A DNA stretch of 63,766 bases, counting the filler, from Octopus bimaculoides (taxonomy: Eukaryota), in NCBI RefSeq assembly GCF_001194135.2. It is 7 parts of 7 records of this genome, joined end to end, with 100 filler letters (N's around TTAATTAATTAA, not from the genome) between each part and the next. Parts side by side here need not be neighbours in the genome. Positions count along the whole stretch, not along the records: positions 34,850 to 42,335 come from NC_068985.1; positions 42,436 to 52,835 come from NC_068984.1; 5 more parts are not named here. One strand, 5' to 3'. Both the position numbers and the translations under genes were made by a program. The notes under the pieces were generated by a model. The model did not search any database. It was not told the origin of the DNA and worked only from the letters and a program-made list of their open reading frames with translations. Shown here one piece after another: positions 37,616 to 47,908 of this stretch (the stretch's first letter is position 1; each line of letters starts with the position of its first letter).

Positions 37616-38221
37616 ACAAGGAAAATATGCCCTTATCGAAACTGAGTGAATATTGTAATAGAAGAGGCAGAATATAATAGTAAATCGTGTTCAATTATCC
37701 GGAGATACGTACTTCAGCTTAATGGAATAATCCTCGTAGGTGATTGTATAAAGGGCAGAGCAGTAGAACATTTATCCTGAAGTCCCTGAATCGTGACCGT
37801 CAACATGGTACATGGGATCTGATGAGCGATAATCAAATCAGTGAGGAGAGGCATGTTGTGAATATGGGTAGATTAGTAGTGAGGGGATAGAGATGTACAT
37901 TATAATGCTCAATCAACCTCAGTTGTTGGCCGGTATATATTAATAACAAATTAATAACAAAGGGGCCTTTTGAGGCCCTTTTACGTAGTATGTGTATATT
38001 GACACATACCCCCAGATATATACAGTACAATGCAAAAGTCTTCGGCCACTTTAAACTATTGGAAATTTCTATCAATTACCAACTTATAAGTGGAAGTTGC
38101 GTATTGCGTTTTTTACAGATGGAACATTGGCGCCATCTGTTGGAGCCATTTCCACACCTAATGATTATATTTTGCAGTAGGAGTTCTGAATGAGAGAGGA
38201 AAATGCGAGATGACCACCAAA

Positions 38222-39001
38222 AATGGTCGTGCAAAAGTTTTCAGCCACCTCACATAAACCAGTCAAGATACAGTGTTTTAAAACAGAAAAGGGGCTATAA
38301 TGAAAATTTATTACATAATGTTCATTTCAAGAAGTTACTGTACATTGTTAATATTTTGTGTGGCTTCCCTTAGCTTGAATAATTGCTTCAATACGCCTGG
38401 GAAGAGATGAGTACAAATCTTTCACCGTCTTCACAGGTATGAGATGCCATTCTCTGTGGTTGAGTTCCCACAACTCTTCAAGATTGCGTGGATTCTTCTG
38501 ACGAATTCTTCTCTTTAGTGTCCACATTTGCTCGATGATATTTAAGTCAGGGCTCTGAGCTGGCCAATCTTTCAATACGGCAACACCTTCATCAACCAGA
38601 CTGCTGTATTGCATCGCAATCTGTGACATGGAGCTCCGTCACACTGAAAAATCTCACCTTCTGGTATCAAATTGTTCTTCAGCAACTAGATGTATTTGGC
38701 ATTATTCAAGTTACCGACAAATTTAATCAAACTTTCTTGAACCATCACTTTTTACGCATCCCCAAAGCATCAGACTCTTACCCCCAAACTTCACTGTTTT
38801 CATCGTGTAACGTGGGTCGTTTCGCTTTCCTGGAGGCTTTCTGACAAATTCTAGCTTATTGGAAAGCGAAACGATCCACATTACACGACGAAAACAGTAA
38901 AGTTTGGGGGTAAGAGTGTGATGCTTTGGGGATACATAAAAAGTGATGGTTCAAGAAAGTTGGTTAAAATTGACGGTAACTTGAATAGTGCCAAATACAT
39001 C
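38222..39001 (-). mobile_element. Tc1-type transposase 3' half with a foldback inverted duplication
   Basis: DWPAQSPDLNIIEQMW, LPRRIEAIIQAKGSHTKY*, TVKFGGKSLMLWG; TIR-like TGCAAAAGT(T/C)TTC(A/G)GCCAC at ~38230 and again ~38031; 38689-38830 inverted at 38861-39001. Confidence 0.85.
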
Positions 39002-39009
39002 CAGGAGCT

Positions 39010-39350
39010 TTGTAGTTAAGAAGCTCGCTGCCTAACAATGTGATCTCGTGTTCTACTGTAGCACCGGACCGACTAAAGCTTTTGTGAATGGATTTGTTTG
39101 AAGGAAACTGGAAGAAGTTATTCGTATGTGTGTGTCCCCTTGTTTCGACATCATGTTATGGTTGTAAACGAGCATCACGTTCTGGCCCCAATCTTCAGTG
39201 AGAAACCTGTCTTGTCATGGATTACCTTGCCTGGAAATAGGTGAAGGTTGGTGATAGGAAGGGCATCCGGTTGTCAATAATCTGCCACAATAAATTTCGT
39301 CTGACCCATACAAACATGGAAAAGAGGACGCTAAATGATAATGATACACA
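39010..39350 (+). mobile_element. Family-B-headed SINE variant with a different (RTE-like) tail
   Basis: GGAAACTGGAAGAAG head motif; tail GGAAGGGCATCCGG..GACCCATAC..CATGGAAAAGAGGACGCTAAATGATAATGAT. Confidence 0.6.
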
Positions 39351-41619
39351 CTTAGCTATCCTATAATGGAGAAAACTGAATATTAATTAGTTGGAATTAT
39401 TTAACTTTTACTAGAAGCAATTATTTAACTTTTACTAGAAGCAATTATTAAGGGCTAGAATTCTAGATTTAATATATTCTTTTTTTTTTATCAAAGTGCG
39501 GTTCTGGAAATTCTTTTTATTATTGAATATTTCAAATACTCACTTAAGTCACAAACCTTATTCAATGCGACAAACCTTATTCAATTACTGTTGCCCAAAT
39601 ATTTGCAACGCTACTTTCGGCAAATTATAAGTTTAATCCAGCATTAACTGAATTACGTTGATTCCAATATCCTTTCATCAAATATGAGAAAGATATGGAA
39701 AGTTGAATAAGAAAACTGGCTTTTATTTACTTACGTGAACTGGGCATGTTGCAGGTTACTATAGACTTTTTGTTGAGATTTGTCTGTGTTCGTGGTTCTC
39801 CTATTTAATTATCGCTTGGTGCGTTAATATATAAGTATTATGGATAAAACTAGCTGTATGTGTTATAAGAGCAACAAAACTCGCAGACATTTAACAATAT
39901 TTTTTTTAAAGGAAGGCTGAACGTATATACAAAAATTATCAGATACTCACTTGTAGAGAGACTTCAGGATATAGAGTTCGACTTTCATTGTCTCTGATAT
40001 TTATAAACTGAGAAGTTCCCGATACCAGCCTTTAAAAAGGCCAAATCTATTACAAGCAGAACATTTGAAGGGATTACAAATAGTAAAAGGGTTTCGTTTC
40101 GTTGCATCTGATTTAAATACTTCGTATTTAGCATGAATCTTTTATGGTTGATTATATACATTGAATTCGTTTTTCTCTTTTTTTCCATCATGTGCATTAA
40201 ACTGCATTTTTACCAAACGTTTTATATGAATATTGTCTTTGTTTCATTGTTTGTTTGTTTCTTTCTTTATTTTAAGATTAGATTTGAGAGAGTCTTTCGT
40301 TTCTTTGGTGGGTCTTCCCATGGCTCCTAGTTTCTATAAGTTAGATACACAAGAAAAGCAACGACGGAGAATTAAATAATTGTAAACGGTTTGCTTTATG
40401 GAAAATCATGTTCTACACTAAAAACAAAAACTCACAAATTTGTGTATGTACGTACGTATGTATGTATGTATGTATGTATGTATGTATGTATGTATGTATG
40501 TATGTGTGTGTGTAGGTATGTATGTATGCGTGTACGTATGTATACATATGTATATATCTTCATGTATATGTATAAATATGCATATATATGTACATATATG
40601 TATATACATATGTATATATATATGTATGGATATATATATGTATATATATGTGTATATATATATGTGTATATATATATGTATATATATATATGTATATATA
40701 TNNNNNNNNNNNNNNNNNNNNNNNNNNNNNNNNNNNNNNNNNNNNNNNNNNNNNNNNNNNNNNNNNNNNNNNNNNNNNNNNNNNNNNNNNNNNNNNNNNN
40801 NNNNNNNNNNNNNNNNNNNNNNNNNNNNNNNNNNNNNNNNNNNNNNNNNNNNNNNNNNNNNNNNNNNNNNNNNNNNNNNNNNNNNNNNNNNNNNNNNNNN
40901 NNNNNNNNNNNNNNNNNNNNNNNNNNNNNNNNNNNNNNNNNNNNNNNNNNNNNNNNNNNNNNNNNNNNNNNNNNNNNNNNNNNNNNNNNNNNNNNNNNNN
41001 NNNNNNNNNNNNNNNNNNNNNNNNNNNNNNNNNNNNNNNNNNNNNNNNNNNNNNNNNNNNNNNNNNNNNNNNNNNNNNNNNNNNNNNNNNNNNNNNNNNN
41101 NNNNNNNNNNNNNNNNNNNNNNNNNNNNNNNNNNNNNNNNNNNNNNNNNNNNNNNNNNNNNNNNNNNNNNNNNNNNNNNNNNNNNNNNNNNNNNNNNNNN
41201 NNNNNNNNNNNNNNNNNNNNNNNNNNNNNNNNNNNNNNNNNNNNNNNNNNNNNNNNNNNNNNNNNNATTATTCGTGGGATAGTAATATATATATATAAAT
41301 TAAGAAGATAAGGATTACAAATAAAATAGTCATTTTCCCCTTTAAGAAAAAAAATCACGTTGAAAATGTGGATTTACGGCGGCGACACTTCAAAAAATCG
41401 TCGTAGTTATCACCGTCCGTCCTTTTTTCTTCCCTTAATCATTTATACAACTTTCAGAGTGAAAGATAGAAATTCTCCATATAATTTTATGAGATTTTTT
41501 TTGGAATCACGAGTACTTTTTTTTTTTTCTTAAAAGGGAAAATTACTATTTTTTTTTTTTAATAAAATATTCATCTTTATCGTCTTAATCAAAAGGCAGA
41601 AAACAGAGACGATCTCATT

Positions 41620-42312
41620 ATAGATGATCAGTTGCAACAAATGGGTTGTACTTTATAATGAAACTCATTTAAGAGCATTCAAATCCAACCGCAATGTTGA
41701 AATCGTTGCCTCAGTGGGTGTGGGGGTCAGTGAAGTACGTCATCAATACGCGCTGAAAGTAAATGACCAAGCTGCTATTCAAATAAACAGTTATAAAGAA
41801 ATTAGTCAAAATCCAATGGGTAAGGATATTGAATAATCCGAAGTAGTTGCATCCATTTTAGGATTTTCAATTCATGAAAGAGCACCTGCAGTACAGATAC
41901 TGCAAATTCATCTACCAGATGAACAAAGAATATTGCTCAGAAATAATGAGGATATATGTGGCTGTCAATGAACGACATATGAGAACAACACTGACAGAAT
42001 TCTTTTCATTGTGCATCACTGATGACTTTGCAAAAACATAACTTTATGCTGAAGTACTCATGTATTTCACTTGAAACAGTAGTAACAAATAATGGCAAAG
42101 ACGAGAGCGAGGAAAAAGCTAAAGGCCATTTGAACGTTTTCAAAGAAGAAACACTTGGTCGTATTTATGTTGTCACACTAAAGGCAGGAAAACTGTATTA
42201 TTTAAGAATTTTATTGCATGAAGTTCGAAATAGTATATTTTTTCTTTGCCGCTGCGTGTTCGACATTTTCAGCTTGGAGTGGTTGACCCAACGGGTCGCG
42301 GCGGGTACATCT
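41620..42312 (+). mobile_element. Helitron Rep-domain fragment and probable 3' terminus
   Basis: NKWVVLYN..NRNVEIVAS, ILGFSIHERAPAVQILQIHLPDEQRI, TTLTEFFSLC..DDFAK, LGRIYVV..LYYLRILLHEVR; GC-rich ACCCAACGGGTCGCGGCGGGT just before the end. Confidence 0.8.
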
Positions 42313-42379
42313 TATATATATATATAAATATTTTTNNNNNNNNNNNNNNNNNNNNNNNNNNNNNNNNNNNNNNNNNNNN

Positions 42380-42391
42380 TTAATTAATTAA
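42380..42391. other. Artificial scaffold-join spacer
   Basis: TTAATTAATTAA embedded in N run. Confidence 0.95.
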
Positions 42392-42435
42392 NNNNNNNNN
42401 NNNNNNNNNNNNNNNNNNNNNNNNNNNNNNNNNNN

Positions 42436-42482
<47 letters not shown>

Positions 42483-42484
42483 TA

Positions 42485-43000
42485 ATAGTGTACAAACAAT
42501 TTAAGTATTTATACACGAAAGAGGTGACGTTTGACAGGACACCTTACATGCTAGAAAGGGCAGCCAAAGCCCCAATCACGAATAAAAGCAATTTCAAAAG
42601 GAATGAGAATAAAAAATATTTTTCTAGTTACCCTCAAACTCGAGTTTCTGATACGCAGTTTAAATTTTATTATTATTTGCTGCCGAATGTAACTGTGCTT
42701 GCGCGGTGGATTTAGAAATATGATATATAAGTATGCAACATGTGTATTTTCGGTACATATTTGCTGCATAAATATGCATTAATTTTAGCGACCTCACTGA
42801 TCAAGTACAGATGACAAGTTAATTTATTTGCTCATTAATACAGAAACTTGAGTCTGAGGGCAACTAGAAAAACATTTTTTATTCTCATTCCCTTTCAAAT
42901 TGCTTTTATTCGTGGTTTTGACTGCCCTTTCTAGCATGTAAGGTGTCCTGTCATAGGTCACCTCTTTCGTGTATAAAAACTTCAATTGCTTGTACACTAT
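42485..43000. mobile_element. MITE with ~165 bp imperfect TIRs and TA flanks
   Basis: ATAGTGTACAA..GAAAGAGGTGAC..GACAGGACACCTTACATGCTAGAAAGGGCAG mirrored at ~42838-43000; TA at 42483-84 and 43001-02. Confidence 0.8.
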
Positions 43001-43097
43001 TATATATAAAAATATGTTGTCTATTAGCTTTATTACGCATGCTAGCCACCTGTATGTAAAGTTTTCTTAATTTTATACCCTTATTATTTCCATAGTA

Positions 43098-43167
<70 letters not shown>

Positions 43168-43571
43168 CCCAAACATCACATAACTAATGTATGTGTCTCT
43201 TCCGGAATGAAACCGAATCGCCGAATATGGTGCGTGAAATCCTTTTGCTGAAGTGAAACAGCGCTGCACAAGTAGAATAAAATACAAATTTTGTGTTAGT
43301 AGCAGCTCAATAATGTAAACATTAACAATATCACATATTGAATAAATGTAAGTTGTTTAACGTTGTAACTGCGATACTACGTCTGGGAGAGATGCCTTTA
43401 AAGACGTAATGTCTTAAAAAATACAGTATTCTTGAAAGTCGAAATGAAATCGGAAGTGAACGAGAACGACAAATATCAATATTTCGCAGTTTTTCTGTAC
43501 ATTAGTAATGCATATACACAGTGTGTGTGTGTGTGCGTGTGCGTGTGTGTATGTTTGTGTGTGTAAATTTA

Positions 43572-43765
43572 CGAGGGAATGCTGAAAAGTTCCTGGTTTG
43601 GGGTAAAAGAAAGCACAAGAGATTCATTCAATTATGATCTTATACCACATATTCCCCTCTCAGATCCACACACTTATTGCAGTGGTCTTTCAGTTTTTCT
43701 AAGCCCTGTAAAACAACTTGGAAGTTTAAGCCTCCAAGCAGGTCTTTCGCGATATTCTTAAAGCA
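43572..43765 (-). mobile_element. Mariner terminal fragment
   Basis: TA + CGAGGGAATGCTGAAAAGTTCCTGG mariner-type TIR. Confidence 0.6.
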
Positions 43766-44279
43766 ACTCCCTCGTGTAGTTGACTTCATCAACAGGAAAT
43801 ATCATGTTGGACCGCAGTTTATTTAGATTGGTCATTCAACCCACTTCATACATTAATGGGTTTTAAGCAACAATAAAATATATGGCTGAATGATAAATGT
43901 ATAAGCGCTACAAGCATTGTAAGTTGTGTACATATATTACTAAAATTTGCTGTTATCTGTCATGTAAATTCTTGTAGAAGAATTTGGACATCTACTGACA
44001 CAGAAATTATTTCGTTTTATTATTATTCTTAAAAAATTAACATTGGGATATAATGGTGATTGATATAGAATTTAGAAATATAGTAGACGTTGCAGGACTG
44101 GGAAATGACTTATAAATGAGTGAAACTTATTTAACACAGTCTCAATTTTCAGATATACTTTGGAAGTGGTGCGATATTTTCCAGGTAGTGGAATATAACA
44201 ATTACAATGTGATAGTCGTAACAACCTTTAAACATGCCTGTGTTGTTGGATTTACAGTGTATGCATTTTATGATGATGA

Positions 44280-44354
<75 letters not shown>

Positions 44355-44367
44355 CAGCAGCAGCAGT
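44280..44367 (+). repeat. (TAG)n microsatellite
   Basis: Direct reading. Confidence 0.95.
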
Positions 44368-44409
44368 GATAATGATGCAATACCAGGCAGTGGCACTCAG
44401 GGTTTTTGA

Positions 44410-44925
44410 TCTTAACTAATTGGAAGTGTTATCACGTACATGTTTTGTCTTGGTATAAAAGATGGGCTACAGCAAATATTCTGCTCAATACCACAGATTT
44501 GCTTGTCAGTTGCATGACCTTAACCACGTGAGTATGTTCCTTAGTGGTTGACGATATGTGCATCCTTGATCACGAGCAGAAGTAGTGGAGGAACATCATA
44601 GCCATGTGTTGAGAGGAATTCTTCAGAGTTTCAATAATTGACCTCTGGAAACATGGGTGTATCGTTCAATATTCTTAAACAAACTTTATTCAGGGACCAT
44701 TTGAGCGGGATGGACTACTCGACCTGAAGAAAATTCTAACAGGGTTCCGTCTGCAAGTCATGTGCTGTTTATCTTGATATGGGATCAGCATGTCGTATAC
44801 ATATAGTTGTGATACATGTATCTGGTGTACCCTTATCAGACTGGTGGTCGTGATGGGTATATTGGGCTTCGTATATTTGTATCCCAGTGTCACTTTGATG
44901 GAAAATGTTTCTCTCTCACTCAATA
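44410..44925 (+). mobile_element. Non-coding interspersed repeat, probably the 3' UTR of a non-LTR element
   Basis: No ORF; ends CTCTCTCACTCAATAAT like TAA-tailed retroposons; family recalled, not verified. Confidence 0.4.
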
Positions 44926-44944
44926 ATTTTTGATATTCTCACTG

Positions 44945-45450
44945 ATATTTCCCTGTGTATAGTGAGGCTTAAAGGATCATCAGGAGAATGTACGCCGTTT
45001 CGGAGCCTTCCTCGACGGCATTATTGTGTGCTGTCTCCCGCTACTGAGTTGAGGTCCCGCTTGCTAGATCAGTTGCTTTCTAAATTTCACTCAATATTCT
45101 GCTAGTCATTGTACATCGTCTCTTTTAACCAAATCTAGTGGTTTGCCTTCTCCACTGTAATCTGGATATCACTCATGATGATATTTGCTTTACGATGAGT
45201 TAGGCCTTGCGACAATAACCATTGCCCCACACTGTGTCTAATGAATTCTCTACATCCAACTTCGATTGGATAATGCTCTGCTTTCCTGTCTGCGTCCTCA
45301 AAGTCCTTGAGGAGGTGTTTATAACTGTCGATCTTTCGAGGAACTACATAATATTTCTGTATCCTTTCATATTTTTAGAATCATCACTGACTGTACCTGC
45401 CCTACTTTATACATTTTGACGGTTAACTTCCGATATAAAGGTACTTAACT
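44945..45450 (-). mobile_element. HERO-like (RLE-endonuclease) non-LTR retrotransposon 3' end
   Basis: RKIDSYKHL..YPIEVGCREFIRHSV..LSQGL..VEKANH*IWLK fits RKxxKY..P(V/I)EVGCRGF..AExxSxWxWxKR. Confidence 0.7.
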
Positions 45451-45497
45451 AAATTCTACGAGAGTTTGTCGTCGGCTCTACTTTTCATCCATTCATG

Positions 45498-45573
<76 letters not shown>
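45498..45573 (+). repeat. (CTA)n microsatellite, reverse complement of the 44280 tract
   Basis: Direct reading. Confidence 0.95.
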
Positions 45574-45597
45574 TAATGCATTTTTTTTTCATTTCAG

Positions 45598-45654
45598 AGG
45601 CTGTTAAGAGGGAAGGAACATTTTGACGACAAAGAGCAAACGGGAGAAAACAGC
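45598..45654 (+). CDS. Candidate 57-nt symmetric internal exon (RLLRGKEHFDDKEQTGENS) of an unidentified host gene
   Basis: Strong acceptor TTTTTTTTTCATTTCAG, donor GTGAGT, length divisible by 3, only phase 0 open. Confidence 0.45.
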
Positions 45655-46594
45655 GTGAGTTGATTCTAGATCTGTTTTAACCATAATTATCCACCACTAT
45701 GCTTTCTTGTAGTAACAACCGAAGAGATAGTGCGAAGGCACAGCATATCAGTAGATTATGGGTTGCAAATTATGACGTTTTATGATCGACTGTATGTGTA
45801 ACAACTATATAGTGCCAAATGTATGAATTTTATTCTGAAGTGGAGTACATGTATATCTTTAGGCCCTCAAACTACTCAGAATTGAAGTAAATTTACAGAG
45901 AAAACACCGTATTTAGGAAACAGTATTGGTTAGAGTTATTTTTCGACTCCCAAATGTGTTAGGAGTAGCATTCGTCAAGTGTGTGAAAGTTCTGATTGTG
46001 TGTTGAGAGATTAGAGGGCGTGTAGTAAATAGGTTGAAGTTGCTGGTAAGACCCAGCTGAGCCTTATTCCAGAAGATCTAACCTTCTCATCGTTTTACGA
46101 TATGCTGTGTCTAGTATAATATACAAATATGTTTGTAGATACAGCTTATATAAGACAAGATACAAATTATATAAGAGGGCTATGGTAGTCTTGTGTCATT
46201 ATTAGATGCAGTGTAAGGTAGTGAGTGATGGTAGTTCTGCAACCGACTGTGAGTACAAAGTAGTACAGGCCCAAGTTGTAAAAGAAAAAAAATCCATAAT
46301 GCTAATCAATTCTGCTCTTCCCACTTCCTACGATATAAATGTGACTAATTATATGTAACTATTCTTTCACTAATTAATTATGTAAATCTTCATAATCGTT
46401 TTACGTGTTTTTGTTTTAACAAAGAAAGGGGACAGTGGTTAATTTGGTCTTAAATGCACTATATTTGAGAAATGGCGTGATGTCACGTATGGAATACAAT
46501 TAATCGTTGGTTCGCTTAATTCTTTACGTGGTTGATCAACCTACTTGAATTGGGAACCACACTCTGATGACTTGAATACGAAACGAAACATTAA

Positions 46595-46784
46595 ATATAT
46601 TAGTCCTGGGTACACCACGGCTGGAATATGAATGATAGGACGATCGCGGCTGAAGCTCCTCTGACTTACATAGAAGCTAAATATTTAGCTTCTATGTAAG
46701 TCAGTGTTACTTCAACCGCGATCGTCCTATCATTCTTATTGCAGCCATGGTGTATCCAGGACTAATATATAGAAGCTAAATATT
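46595..46784. repeat. 176-bp spacerless imperfect palindrome plus a trailing copy of its centre
   Basis: Arms 46595-46682 / 46683-46770; TAGAAGCTAAATATT repeated at 46671 and 46770. Confidence 0.9.
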
Positions 46785-47647
46785 AATAACGATGTATATA
46801 TAAGGAGTTCAGAGTGTAAGGTTTTTGAAATTAAAAAATGAGGACTTATTAGTAAAGAGGTGTGGTTTAATTTTCTTGGTTATATGATACAACTAGTGAA
46901 ATGAATGTATTCGAAAGAAGTACTGAGAGGAAGTGGGTAAGCAATAGAAAAATAGGGTTTCGGGAGGGGGGTAAAATATGAACAAACAAACAATTAATAA
47001 ACAGACGTCAACATAAACATAACACAACTAAAAATAGGGTTTAATCTCTAACGAGGGAAAATAAATGAAAATTTAATTACTTTATTGCCATTAATATGTA
47101 AGTCCCGAGAGACTACACAGACACGTACATTCTCACTCACCCGTACATACAAACAGAAGCAGCACAAATATCAGTCACATCAATGCCATCACAGGGACAC
47201 ATACTAAAATTTATGTAGTATCTTGGGGAAAACCTAAAATTCGTCTAAACAACCACAGATCTTCTTTCAGGGTCCCGGAGAGACGCAACTCAACAACACT
47301 CGCAGCATACGTAAAGGACGATCATGCACCCTTTAACATCAGGTAGAAATTACTGGAAACTTGTGGACCCTATCGCAATGGAACAAGACTGTGTAAATTA
47401 TGTATGGCAGAAAGATATATTATCCTCATGAACTCACATGAGCCAGGAGGCTAACTGAACACCAGGACGGAAGACGTGGGGAGTTGTCCACATTTTCGGA
47501 AATTTTCATTTCAAAATTGGAAAACCTAGCTATCAAGTGAAGGAAGACAACTCGCCCGGCCATAATTTTTTAAGAGGAATATTTCTTGAACTATCACCGG
47601 CGTTCTTTTGTTTAAAGAAACATTTTTTGCAGAGAGCAGTTATCGTT

Positions 47648-47696
47648 TAGAAAAACTGAAGGACTGTCTAGATGTGAAACCAATGGTTATTTTCTA
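47648..47696 (+). ncRNA. Decayed hammerhead-like motif in upstream PLE terminal copy
   Basis: TAGAAAAA-CTGAAGG-ACTGTCTAGATGT-GAAA-CCAATGGTT-ATTTTCTA; helix II collapsed by a 10-nt deletion between CTAG repeats. Confidence 0.45.
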
Positions 47697-47908
47697 AACT
47701 ATTACGTTACACATACAAAAATAAACAACTGCTCTATATTTTATAGGGTATGCTCTTCTCCTGATTTATGATATTGTAACGAAGATTCTTCGCTCCCTGG
47801 TCACAAAGGGTATGATAACAGACCGCTGCCAGGTCTGTACCTCACAACTCCACCGCCGGTTGGACGCTTCTACATAATCCCGAATTATCTGTAATATTCT
47901 CCACATTA

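Noticed and set aside
37713-37818. Minus-strand AG...GT-bounded 106-nt segment; also CTGATGAG on the plus strand
   Set aside because: Stops in all three frames, so not an internal coding exon; no GAAA partner for a ribozyme
42636-42650. ACTCGAGTTTCTG shared between the MITE arm and the 22170 hammerhead
   Set aside because: 13-bp match without a ribozyme core; likely chance
44955-45010. GAAAC...CTGATGA in the HERO 3' UTR (type II hammerhead order)
   Set aside because: No convincing helix I or II between or around the motifs
46563-46590. CTGATGACTTGAATACGAAAC next to the palindrome
   Set aside because: Core motifs present but helices I, II and III cannot be paired
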